From assembly GCA_934130175.1 (NCBI GenBank), contig CAKOXP010000004.1, forward strand, positions 16,244 through 80,243: 64,000 nt of DNA, written 5' to 3'. Every line of letters starts with the position of its first letter. Position 1 is the first letter of the stretch. A program made the translations under genes and the position numbers. Below, piece after piece: positions 19,991-29,043 of the stretch. This DNA is from an uncultured Bacilli bacterium. GTDB taxonomy: Bacteria; Bacillota_I; Bacilli_A; RF39; UBA660. Below the pieces are notes generated by a model that was not told where the DNA came from, made no database searches, and was given only the letters and a program-made list of their open reading frames with translations.

Positions 19991-20710
19991 ATGCCAACTG
20001 CACATATAGAAGCAAAGAAAGAAGATATAGCAAAAAAAGTATTAATGCCAGGAGATCCTTTAAGATGCAAATATATTGCTGATAACTTTTTAACTGATGT
20101 TAAAATAGTAAATAATGTTCGCAATATGACTGCTTATACAGGATTTTATAATGGAGAAAAGATAACAGTATTTCCATCAGGAATGGGTATTCCAAGTGTT
20201 GGAATTTACTCTTATGAATTATATAATATCTATGATGTAGAAGAAATAATAAGAATTGGTACAAGCGGATCTAATAACAAAGATCTAAAATTATTAGATG
20301 TTGTTTTAGCAGACAGTGCTTATACTATGTCATCATTTCCTAAAGCATTTGACGGAGATAATATCAATTATATAGAAAGTGATAAAAAACTAAATCAAAA
20401 AATTATTGAAACTGCTAAAGACAAGAACATAAACTTAAATGTAGGGCCGATAATTACTAGTGATATTTTTGATCCATATATTGATTTTACAAAGTATATT
20501 AAAAACTATGATCCTAATATAGATTATTTAGCATTAGAAATGGAAGCATTTGGACTTTTCTATATAGCCAAAAAATTTAATAAAAAAGCAGCAGCTTTAA
20601 CAACAATTGTAGATATTATTGGCACACATGAATCAATTAGTAGTAGTGATCGTCAAAATAGTTTAAATGATATGATAAAATTAGCATTAGATGCGATAAC
20701 TTTATCATAA
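19991..20710 (+). CDS. deoD: Purine nucleoside phosphorylase, DeoD type
   Basis: MPTAHIEAKKEDIAKKVLMPGDPLR...TVFPSGMGIPS...LEMEAFGLF. Confidence 0.92.
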   Translation: MPTAHIEAKKEDIAKKVLMPGDPLRCKYIADNFLTDVKIVNNVRNMTAYTGFYNGEKITVFPSGMGIPSVGIYSYELYNIYDVEEIIRIGTSGSNNKDLKLLDVVLADSAYTMSSFPKAFDGDNINYIESDKKLNQKIIETAKDKNINLNVGPIITSDIFDPYIDFTKYIKNYDPNIDYLALEMEAFGLFYIAKKFNKKAAALTTIVDIIGTHESISSSDRQNSLNDMIKLALDAITLS

Positions 20711-20749
20711 AAACTTCAAATAAATACATACTAAAAGAAGAGGTGGATT

Positions 20750-22021
20750 ATGGAATATATAAATAAAGACTTAGGTTCTTATCATTTACATATGATTAAG
20801 ACAGACAAATTTAAAACAATAAAAGTAAAAGTGGCTTTTAGAAGACCAATAGTAAAAGAAGAAATTACTCTTAGAAACATTTTAGCAAATATTCTTGTTC
20901 AAACTACTAATAAATATAAAACTAAAAGAGATTTAACGATTAAGGCACAAGATTTATATGCTGCTACTATTTCATCAAATAATAATCGTATTGGTAATTA
21001 TATAAATACTGAAATTGTTCTATCAATCTTGAATGATAAATATACTGAAGATGGTAACTTCAAAAAAGCTTTAGACTTTTTATATGATTTAATATATGAT
21101 CCCAATATTAAAGATAACGGTTTTGATGATGAACAATTACAGATAATCTTAAAGAATGCTAAAACTTCTCTTGAAAGTTTAAAAGAAGATTCTAATTATT
21201 ATAGTTTAATAAGACTTTTTGAAGTAATGGATAGTGATAGACCTTCTTCTTATAGAATGTCAGGTTATCTTGAAGATTTAGAAAAAATCAATTCTAAAAA
21301 TCTATACAAATATTATTTAGAACTTCTTCACAAAGATTTAATGGATATTATTGTTATAGGTGATATTGATTTTGAAGAATGCGAAGAATTAATTAGAAGT
21401 AAATTTGCTCAAAAAACTTTCAAAAAATGTCGTAGTTCTTACTACTTAGATGAAGTAAAACCACGTGTTAGAAAAAAAGTTATTATTGAAAAAGATGATA
21501 ATAATCAGTCTAAGCTTGCTATAGGTGCAAGACTTACTGGAATAACTAAGTATGAAAAGAATTATCCGCTAACTTTATATAACATTATATTAGGTGGAGG
21601 AGATGACTCTAAATTATTCAGAAATGTTAGAGAAAAAAATTCACTATGCTATTATATTAATTCTGTTCCCCAGAAACTTGATAATATTTTAGTAATAAGA
21701 GCAGGAATTGATAAGAAAAATATCAAAAAAACAGTAACATTAATAGAAAAAGAAATGAATAATATCAAAAAAGGAAAAGTAAATGAATCTGATTTAAAAA
21801 CAGCTAAAGAGTTTTTTGCAACAGCAATAGATTCTTTATTAGAAAGTCAAGCAGGTATTATGGATCATTATTATATGATGAGTTTATTAAAAACTGATGA
21901 TATAGAAACAAGATTAAAGAAAATGAATGAAGTTAGTCTAGCTGATGTTATAAAAGTATCTAAAAAAGTTAAGCTTGATACTGTTTATTGTTTGGAGGGA
22001 ATAAATAATGAAGAAGATTAA
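20750..22021 (+). CDS. M16 family peptidase-like protein lacking the HxxEH motif (non-catalytic partner)
   Basis: The length and C-terminal domain are those of insulinase-family proteins. No HxxEH motif is present. It overlaps the next M16 gene by 14 nt. Confidence 0.7.
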   Translation: MEYINKDLGSYHLHMIKTDKFKTIKVKVAFRRPIVKEEITLRNILANILVQTTNKYKTKRDLTIKAQDLYAATISSNNNRIGNYINTEIVLSILNDKYTEDGNFKKALDFLYDLIYDPNIKDNGFDDEQLQIILKNAKTSLESLKEDSNYYSLIRLFEVMDSDRPSSYRMSGYLEDLEKINSKNLYKYYLELLHKDLMDIIVIGDIDFEECEELIRSKFAQKTFKKCRSSYYLDEVKPRVRKKVIIEKDDNNQSKLAIGARLTGITKYEKNYPLTLYNIILGGGDDSKLFRNVREKNSLCYYINSVPQKLDNILVIRAGIDKKNIKKTVTLIEKEMNNIKKGKVNESDLKTAKEFFATAIDSLLESQAGIMDHYYMMSLLKTDDIETRLKKMNEVSLADVIKVSKKVKLDTVYCLEGINNEED

Positions 22022-23294
22022 TCTAAAGGGTCTTGACCAAGATGTTTATGTAGAAACACTTAAGAATAATTTAAATGTAATTATGGTTCCTTATACAAAC
22101 AAGAAGAATTATTTTATGACTTATGCAACTAGATACGGTAGTAATATTAATGCCTTTGTACCAGTTGGTTCTAAAAAAGGAATTACTGTTCCTAATGGAA
22201 TTGCTCACTTTCTAGAACATAAAATGTTTGAACAAGCTGATGGTGTTGATCCATTCACATTTTTTGCAGAATCAGGTACAGGAGCAAACGCCTCAACATC
22301 CTATACATCAACACAGTACATTTGTTATGGTACAAAAGAGTTTTCTAAAAATTTAGATTTTTTACTTAAATTTGTTAACGAACCATATTTTACAGATGAA
22401 AATGTTTTAAAAGAAAAAGGAATTATCAAAGAAGAAATAAAAATGTATGATGATATTCCAGAATCAGTCTTAGAAAATAAATTAAAGGAAAACCTATATC
22501 ATATTGACCCACATCGTATTGATATAGCAGGTGCATGTAGTGATATTGATAAAATTACAAAGGAAGATTTATATTTATGTTATAATACCTTCTATAATCC
22601 CAATAATATGTTTATAATTATTGCAGGAAACTTTAATAAAGAAGAAGCTTTAGATATTATCAAGAATAGATTAGATAAAAAAGAAAATAGACTATCTAAG
22701 ATAACAGTTAAGGATTACAAAGAACCTAAATCAGTTTATAAAAAAGAAGAAGAATTAAGTGTGAATATTAAAGTCCCAAAGATTGGTTTAGGATATAAAT
22801 TTTCTAAAGATGATTTAAAGCTAGATGATGAGTTAGAACTTGATTTATACTTATCTATGCTTACATCTTTACTATTTGGTTCAGCTTCACTTTTTAGAGA
22901 AAGAGTTAGAAAAGAAAACTTAATGACTAATTTTTACTATGAGTGGGATGACATAAAGAAATACAAAAGTTTACTTCTTTATGCTGAAACAGAAAATCCT
23001 GACCTTTTAGTAGCAGAAATAGAAAAAGAATTATCAAATATTATAATAACTCAAGAAGATTTTGAAAGAATGAAAAAAGTTTGGATTTCTAATGAAGTAA
23101 AAATGATTGATTATGTTGAAACTACAGTAAATAATTTATATGATGATATGATAAGATATAAAAAAGTTATTGATAATAAAGTTGAATTAATAAGAAATTT
23201 AGATTTTAATAAATTAAGTAAATTGCTTGGACAAATGAAATTTAATAATCGCTCTAAAGTAATCTTACTTCCGATGAAAATAATAACAAAGTAA
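22008..23294 (+). CDS. M16 family zinc peptidase (catalytic subunit)
   Basis: GIAHFLEHKMFE carries the inverted zincin HxxEH motif, and a downstream Glu-rich EE(I)K region follows. Confidence 0.85.
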   Translation: MKKINLKGLDQDVYVETLKNNLNVIMVPYTNKKNYFMTYATRYGSNINAFVPVGSKKGITVPNGIAHFLEHKMFEQADGVDPFTFFAESGTGANASTSYTSTQYICYGTKEFSKNLDFLLKFVNEPYFTDENVLKEKGIIKEEIKMYDDIPESVLENKLKENLYHIDPHRIDIAGACSDIDKITKEDLYLCYNTFYNPNNMFIIIAGNFNKEEALDIIKNRLDKKENRLSKITVKDYKEPKSVYKKEEELSVNIKVPKIGLGYKFSKDDLKLDDELELDLYLSMLTSLLFGSASLFRERVRKENLMTNFYYEWDDIKKYKSLLLYAETENPDLLVAEIEKELSNIIITQEDFERMKKVWISNEVKMIDYVETTVNNLYDDMIRYKKVIDNKVELIRNLDFNKLSKLLGQMKFNNRSKVILLPMKIITK

Positions 23295-23371
23295 CTAAAA
23301 TGCTTTGTTTTTTTCTTGAGTTATTATATAATAACAAACATATTTATTTTTATGGAAAGGGGTGTCGTAGA

Positions 23372-24229
23372 ATGAGTAAAACAAAATTAAAACAAGAAGA
23401 GAAGGAAAAAGTTAAAACATATTTAACTGATTGTATAAAAGAGTTATATATGCGTAAATCAGTAGTAGTTTTAAAATATATGTCTGTGAAAGAGGCAAAA
23501 TATGTTTTCAATCTTGTTAGAAATAATAAAAGCATTGTACCTAGAACTATAGAATATAAATCACATCCTACTGTATTTTTAAAATATCATAAACCTAGTA
23601 AAGATGCAGATTATGAAAAAATGTTGAGACAAGCCCAACAAGAGTATAATAAAGGATACTTAGATGAATCATTATATACTTACAAGCAAATAGTTAAAAA
23701 TTTCCCAAGACCAAATTCTTTTATATTTTATAGAATTGGGCTACTTTACCTAAGACATTGTCAAAGAAAACCAGCCTTATTATATTTAAACTTAGCTTTA
23801 GGATTAAGTAAGAAAGAAAATAGAGAACACACTGAAGAATTAGAAAATTTAATTTTTAACATTAGTAATTGTATTCCGCTTGAAGAACAAAAAGACACAA
23901 GATATATTGATATGACAGAATCTGATTTTTATGAAGAAAAACATGATTCTAAACTTGAAGATATTGCATCTTTAATAAAAGAAGATAACCTAGACTTTAG
24001 TGATACATGCAAAAAATATAGTTTAACTACTGAAGAGGTATTACTTGTAAAATTAATATCTGCAAGAAATAGTTATGCTTCTAAAAACTTCAGTAGAGGA
24101 GATAAATTCATGAAAGAAGTAGAAAAATCCCATGAAAAAACTGAAACTGTAAAAGAATTATTTAAAGAAATAACAACAAATAAAAAAATGTACCAATATA
24201 GAGAAGGAAAAACCAAAAAGAAAAATTAG
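23372..24229 (+). CDS. Hypothetical protein, TPR-like helical repeats
   Basis: ATG 23372 follows GGAAAGGGG. YKQIVKNFPRPNSFIFYRIGLLYLRHCQRKPALLYLNLALGL resembles TPR helices. Confidence 0.55.
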   Translation: MSKTKLKQEEKEKVKTYLTDCIKELYMRKSVVVLKYMSVKEAKYVFNLVRNNKSIVPRTIEYKSHPTVFLKYHKPSKDADYEKMLRQAQQEYNKGYLDESLYTYKQIVKNFPRPNSFIFYRIGLLYLRHCQRKPALLYLNLALGLSKKENREHTEELENLIFNISNCIPLEEQKDTRYIDMTESDFYEEKHDSKLEDIASLIKEDNLDFSDTCKKYSLTTEEVLLVKLISARNSYASKNFSRGDKFMKEVEKSHEKTETVKELFKEITTNKKMYQYREGKTKKKN

Positions 24230-24250
24230 CTTTTTTTTAGCTAATTTTTT
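24222..24250. terminator. Bidirectional terminator between convergent genes
   Basis: AAAATTAGC-T8-A-GCTAATTTT palindrome flanked by A/T runs on both sides. Confidence 0.7.
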
Positions 24251-25118
24251 ATTGATATAATTCTTGTTTTAATAAATCTAGATTTTCATTCATTAAGTCA
24301 ATATAATCTTTATTTTCATTACGATCACTATCAGAAATAACATCTAATTTGTTTAGTTTTAACTCTTTTACAGTAGGATTCTTAGCAATTAAATCACTTG
24401 CGACTGTATTAAGTTTACTTTCTTTGAAATTATAGATGTAGTTTACAGCCTTTTGCTTAATTAAATTATTAACCTCATATAATTCTTTATCTGTAGTATT
24501 ATTATCTATACAAATTACATTAAGACCAAATTTTTCTAAGAACTTTAAAGAAGAGTCAGCAACTAAAATAGTTTTATTATCTGTATTTTCAACAGTTAAA
24601 CGATAATCAGCATCAAGTTCAGAAAGTTTTATTTTTAAATCATTATAAGCAGAATCGACTTCTTTTGTTAAAACATTACTAGTAATATATTCCTTTAAAC
24701 CTAATCTAACATTTTGAGCCATCATAAGTAATGAAGATGGATTTAACCATAACTCTTCTGTTGAATAATCTGTTTCCAAAACATAAGATGTATCAATTAT
24801 TTTTAAACTACTATTTAAATCAAGCAAATCTACTGCTAGGCTTCGTTCTTTTTCAATTAATCCAGTATAAACAAATAAATCCATATTACTATAGTTCTTT
24901 TTTTGTGTCTTGGTAACCCTATATTTAGATATATCAATACCATCTGGATAAACTTGATTTATAGTAGCGTGTTTCCCATATAACTTATCAACTATATACT
25001 CATTTGGGTAATTAGTAACAGCTATTTCGATATCATCCATATTATCTTGTTTACATCCTGTTGTAAATAAAGTAAGTATCATTAATATTAATAATAAACT
25101 AATTTTTTTCTTTTTCAT
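24249..25118 (-). CDS. ZnuA/TroA-fold (cluster A-I) solute-binding lipoprotein-like protein, metal-ligand His residues apparently missing
   Basis: An internal ATG at 25118 is preceded by AAGGAG at 7 nt. The signal and lipobox are [31 protein letters not shown] occupies the place of the family's DPHxWLdP. Confidence 0.7.
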   Translation of the reverse strand: MKKKKISLLLILMILTLFTTGCKQDNMDDIEIAVTNYPNEYIVDKLYGKHATINQVYPDGIDISKYRVTKTQKKNYSNMDLFVYTGLIEKERSLAVDLLDLNSSLKIIDTSYVLETDYSTEELWLNPSSLLMMAQNVRLGLKEYITSNVLTKEVDSAYNDLKIKLSELDADYRLTVENTDNKTILVADSSLKFLEKFGLNVICIDNNTTDKELYEVNNLIKQKAVNYIYNFKESKLNTVASDLIAKNPTVKELKLNKLDVISDSDRNENKDYIDLMNENLDLLKQELYQ

Positions 25119-25337
25119 TTTATTCTCCTTTTTTATAACTGGGTCATAACCACTTGGACCAAAGGGATTACACCTTAATATTCTTTTTATGGCTAAAAAA
25201 CTACCTTTTAAAGATCCATATTCATTAATTGCGTCTATTGCATAATTACTACATGTAGGAATGTGTCTACATTTATAATGAAAATTTCCTGGTATCTTTT
25301 GATAGAGTTTTATCATTGAAATTAATAATTTCTTCAT
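25119..25337 (-). CDS. yidD: YidD (membrane protein insertion efficiency factor) module, with no stop codon of its own before the lipoprotein ORF
   Basis: [53 protein letters not shown] is the YidD signature. The frame runs on into 24249-25118. Confidence 0.8.
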
Positions 25338-25448
25338 ATACTCACCATATAGATATTCTACTATAAACCTAAAAAAATAGCAATTATATTTAAAAATAAA
25401 ACTATACTATTTTAATAATTTTTGATATACTTAATTACGGTGAAGATT

Positions 25449-26114
25449 ATGGAAGAATTATTTGAAATATTAAATATTGAACCTAAGGATAAGAGACTTT
25501 ATGAAATAGCTGTTTCTCATTCATCTTATGCTAACGAGCATAAAGCAAAAAAAGATTATGAAAGATTAGAATTTTTAGGAGATGCAGTAGTTGATTTAGT
25601 TGTTGCTGATTACTTGTATTCAAATCATAATGAAAATGAAGGTGAAATGACTAAGGTAAGAGCAAGCTATGTTTGTGAAAACGCTTTATACGAATATAGT
25701 TTAAAACTAGGATTATATCGTTTTATTAAAGTTGGTCATGGAGAAGAAAAAGAAGGTGGAAAGACTAAAAAGTCAATTGTTGCGGATATATTTGAAGCCT
25801 TAGTTGGAGCAATCTACATAGATTTAGGATATGCAACAGCTCGTCGTACTGTTTTAAACATTGTAACTCCATATATAGAAGATCCTAATATTATTTTCTT
25901 TAGTGACTATAAATCAGTATTACAAGAATATGTTCAAACAGAACAAAAATCATTAGTTTATGAAGTAGTTGACGAATATGGACCAGCTCATGATAAGACC
26001 TTTGAAGTAGAAGTTAAAATAGATGATATTATTTATGGAAAAGGAAAAGCGGGTAGTAAAAAAGAAGCCGAACAAAATGCTGCTAAAATGGCTTTAGAAA
26101 AACTGGCAAAATAG
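25449..26114 (+). CDS. rnc: Ribonuclease III
   Basis: The RNase III signature ERLEFLGDAV and ADIFEALVGAIY are present. A C-terminal dsRBD (GKGKAGSKKEAEQNAA) follows. Confidence 0.93.
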   Translation: MEELFEILNIEPKDKRLYEIAVSHSSYANEHKAKKDYERLEFLGDAVVDLVVADYLYSNHNENEGEMTKVRASYVCENALYEYSLKLGLYRFIKVGHGEEKEGGKTKKSIVADIFEALVGAIYIDLGYATARRTVLNIVTPYIEDPNIIFFSDYKSVLQEYVQTEQKSLVYEVVDEYGPAHDKTFEVEVKIDDIIYGKGKAGSKKEAEQNAAKMALEKLAK

Positions 26115-26126
26115 GGGGTTAGTGTT

Positions 26127-26540
26127 ATGAAAAAAGAAAAATCATGTGGCAATATTGTATTTAAAAAAGAAAATGGTGTTTTAAAAGTTTTACTTATTCA
26201 TCATAATTTAGGTCATTATGGTATGCCAAAAGGACATGTTGAGTTAGGTGAGACTGAAGAAGAAACCGCGTTAAGAGAAGTATTTGAAGAAACTGGTATA
26301 TCTTCGTACATAATAGATGGTTTTAGAGAAATGATTACATATAGTCCTAAAGAAAATGTTATTAAAGATGTAATTTATTTTGTGGGAGAAGCAAATGATT
26401 TTAAAACAACTCCACAGATAAGTGAAGTAAGTGAGGCTTTCTTTACTGAAACTTCAAAAGCAGTAGAGTTAGTCACTCATGAAGAAGAGAAGAAAGTTTT
26501 AGAAAAAGCAATAGAATTTTACAAAGGTTTAGAAAGATAA
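26127..26540 (+). CDS. Nudix hydrolase
   Basis: The Nudix box is GMPKGHVELGETEEETALREVFEETGI. Confidence 0.85.
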   Translation: MKKEKSCGNIVFKKENGVLKVLLIHHNLGHYGMPKGHVELGETEEETALREVFEETGISSYIIDGFREMITYSPKENVIKDVIYFVGEANDFKTTPQISEVSEAFFTETSKAVELVTHEEEKKVLEKAIEFYKGLER

Positions 26541-26613
26541 TTTGAAAAATAATTATTTTTTTGATATAATGTAGAAGTTTGTTAACTTAATTAAATAAAT
26601 GAAAGGAGAAATT

Positions 26614-28266
26614 ATGAGTAAAATAAAAATATTTAGTTTAGGTGGACTAAACGAAAACGGAAAAAATATGTATGTTGTTGAAGTAGATAAAGATATATTT
26701 ATTTTTGATGCGGGTTTAAAATACGATAACGATAGAAATTTAGGAATAGATTATATAATTCCTGATTTTACATATTTAGTTAAGAATAAAAAAAGAATTA
26801 AGGGTGTATTTTTAACACATGGACATGATAGTAATATGGGAGCAGTTCCAGATCTTTTAGAAACTATTCCAGAACTTCCTATTTACGCTACTAAATTAAC
26901 TTTAGATATTGTTAAGATGAAACTTAACCAAGAAAATATTTCCAAGTATAAACTAAATGAGATTAAACCTCATGTTAAGTTAAATTTTGGAAGAAATTCA
27001 GTCTTTTCAATTAGTGTAACTCATTCAATACCAGATGCAGTTTGTTATGTTTTATATACTAAAGATGGGGCAATCGTTTATACTGGTGACTTTGTAATGG
27101 ATGCAACTATGACAGAAAATTATAAGACAGATATAGGAAAACTTGCCTATGTTGGAAAACAAGGAGTTTTATGTTTACTTTCTGAATCAATTTATGCAGA
27201 AAAGCAAGGATATACTAGTCCTAACAATAGGGTGGCTTCATTTATTAGAGAAGTTTTATTGAAAAATGAAAATCGTATAATCGCAACAGTGACTCCAGCT
27301 CATTTTTATAGAATTCAAGAACTATTTAATGAAATTGAAAATACTCGTCGTAAAATAGTAATTATGGGAAAACAACTTCAACAAATAATCAATATGGGAC
27401 TTAAGAATGGTTACTTAAAATTAGATAGTAGTAAAATTGGAGATTTAACTAACTTAAACGATAAAGATTGTGTTGTTTTAATATCAGATGAAAAAGAAAA
27501 ACCTTTTGCTAATCTAGAACGAATTATTAAAGGTTATGATAAATATATTAAGTTAACAGATACAGATACAATCTTTTTAACAGAAGCAAGTTATCCAGGT
27601 ATTGAAAAGAGAATGGCTCTTATAATGGATGAAATTGCAATGCAAGGAGCAAATGCTGTTTCACTTTCTAGTAAGAAACATCTTCTTCATCATGCTTCTC
27701 GTGAAGATTTAATGATGATGATTAATTTGATGAATCCTAAATATTATTTCCCAGTAAAAGGAGAATATAGACATCAATACGCTAATGCTGAAATAGCTGA
27801 AAGTGTTGGTATTTCAAAAGATAACATCATCCTAAAAGAAAATGGAGATGTAGCTTTCTTCATTAATGGAGAATTAAAAGATACTAAGGAACATATTGAT
27901 ACAGATGAAGTATTAATAGATGGTAAAACTAGTGAAGATATTGGAGATTTAGTATTAAAAGATAGAGAAATGTTAGGTTCTAATGGTATTGTTATTATCA
28001 GTTGTACCCTTGATAAGAAAACAAAACAAATAGTAGGAGGACCTGAGATACTTACACGTGGATTTATCTATGTTAAAGAAAGCCAAGATTTACTAATTGA
28101 AACTAAAGCTCTTGCTAAAAGCGTTATAGAAGAAAATATCATTCCAAATAGTCAAAGAGTAGATTATTCTAAAATAAAGAATGATGTACGTGATATCTTA
28201 GGTAAATTCTTCTATAAAGAAACAGAATCTAAACCGATGATTATAACTGTAATTCAAGAAGTGTAG
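26614..28266 (+). CDS. rnj: Ribonuclease J family protein with degenerate metallo-beta-lactamase motifs (J2-like)
   Basis: The overall RNase J layout is present (IFSLGGLNENGKNMYVVE, SVTHSIPDA, YTGDF, beta-CASP, C-terminal domain). Motif II reads THGHDSNMG, and the late His motif reads PVKGEYR. Confidence 0.85.
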   Translation: MSKIKIFSLGGLNENGKNMYVVEVDKDIFIFDAGLKYDNDRNLGIDYIIPDFTYLVKNKKRIKGVFLTHGHDSNMGAVPDLLETIPELPIYATKLTLDIVKMKLNQENISKYKLNEIKPHVKLNFGRNSVFSISVTHSIPDAVCYVLYTKDGAIVYTGDFVMDATMTENYKTDIGKLAYVGKQGVLCLLSESIYAEKQGYTSPNNRVASFIREVLLKNENRIIATVTPAHFYRIQELFNEIENTRRKIVIMGKQLQQIINMGLKNGYLKLDSSKIGDLTNLNDKDCVVLISDEKEKPFANLERIIKGYDKYIKLTDTDTIFLTEASYPGIEKRMALIMDEIAMQGANAVSLSSKKHLLHHASREDLMMMINLMNPKYYFPVKGEYRHQYANAEIAESVGISKDNIILKENGDVAFFINGELKDTKEHIDTDEVLIDGKTSEDIGDLVLKDREMLGSNGIVIISCTLDKKTKQIVGGPEILTRGFIYVKESQDLLIETKALAKSVIEENIIPNSQRVDYSKIKNDVRDILGKFFYKETESKPMIITVIQEV

Positions 28267-28298
28267 AAATACACTTTTTTCGTATAAAAGGAGGATTT

Positions 28299-28802
28299 AT
28301 GAGAAAAAAATTAATTAGTAAAACATATTTAAGAGGGGTTAACAAATATGAATTGAAAATATATTTTAATTTAGAAGATTGTTATATTTCGGTTAAAAAA
28401 ATTATTGATATTAAGGAACCTTTTATATTATCAAATGGATTATGTATAATTGATAATAATTATTATATTATGGAGGTTATACCTAAAAACGAAAATTATG
28501 CAATGAGAGTCTTTTTTAATAATAAAAAAGAAATATTAGAGTATTACTTTGATGTTAGTTTAGAAAATGGAATGGATAAAGAAACTGGGATACCATATTA
28601 TGATGATTTATTTATAGATGTTACAAAAACAAAAGATAAAGTAGAGGTCTTAGATGAAGATGAATTAGAAGAGGCTCTAGATAATAATGAGATAAGTATA
28701 ACTGATTTTGAACTAGCTAATAAAATAAGAGATATATTGTTAGAACAAATTAATAATGGAAATAACCGATATATGAATATGAATTTAGAACAGTATTTAT
28801 GA
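28299..28802 (+). CDS. DUF402 family protein (nucleoside di/triphosphatase-like)
   Basis: GIPYYDDLFIDV resembles the DUF402 core as I recall it. A shortened paralogue lies at 42233-42457. Confidence 0.6.
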   Translation: MRKKLISKTYLRGVNKYELKIYFNLEDCYISVKKIIDIKEPFILSNGLCIIDNNYYIMEVIPKNENYAMRVFFNNKKEILEYYFDVSLENGMDKETGIPYYDDLFIDVTKTKDKVEVLDEDELEEALDNNEISITDFELANKIRDILLEQINNGNNRYMNMNLEQYL

Positions 28803-29043
28803 TAATAAAAAACAATCTAAAATTGTATATAATTCAAAATAAAAAACATGAATTATGTGATTATGATAATGAAATTTTTAATTTTATAATTTTAGTAATT
28901 AATAAATAAAATATGTAAATTTATGTAATATGAATAGATATTTTTGATAATGAGTTTTATAATTAAATAGCAAAGTGCTATAAAAACTTGCAATTTATGG
29001 CAAAATATGGTATAATTTGTCTAATTTTGAAGGGGGAATTAAA

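Noticed and set aside
19933-20124. A minus-strand 63-aa ORF overlapping the deoD start.
   Set aside because: It overlaps the promoter and 5' end of a well-supported deoD gene. It is hydrophobic and low-complexity, with no RBS.
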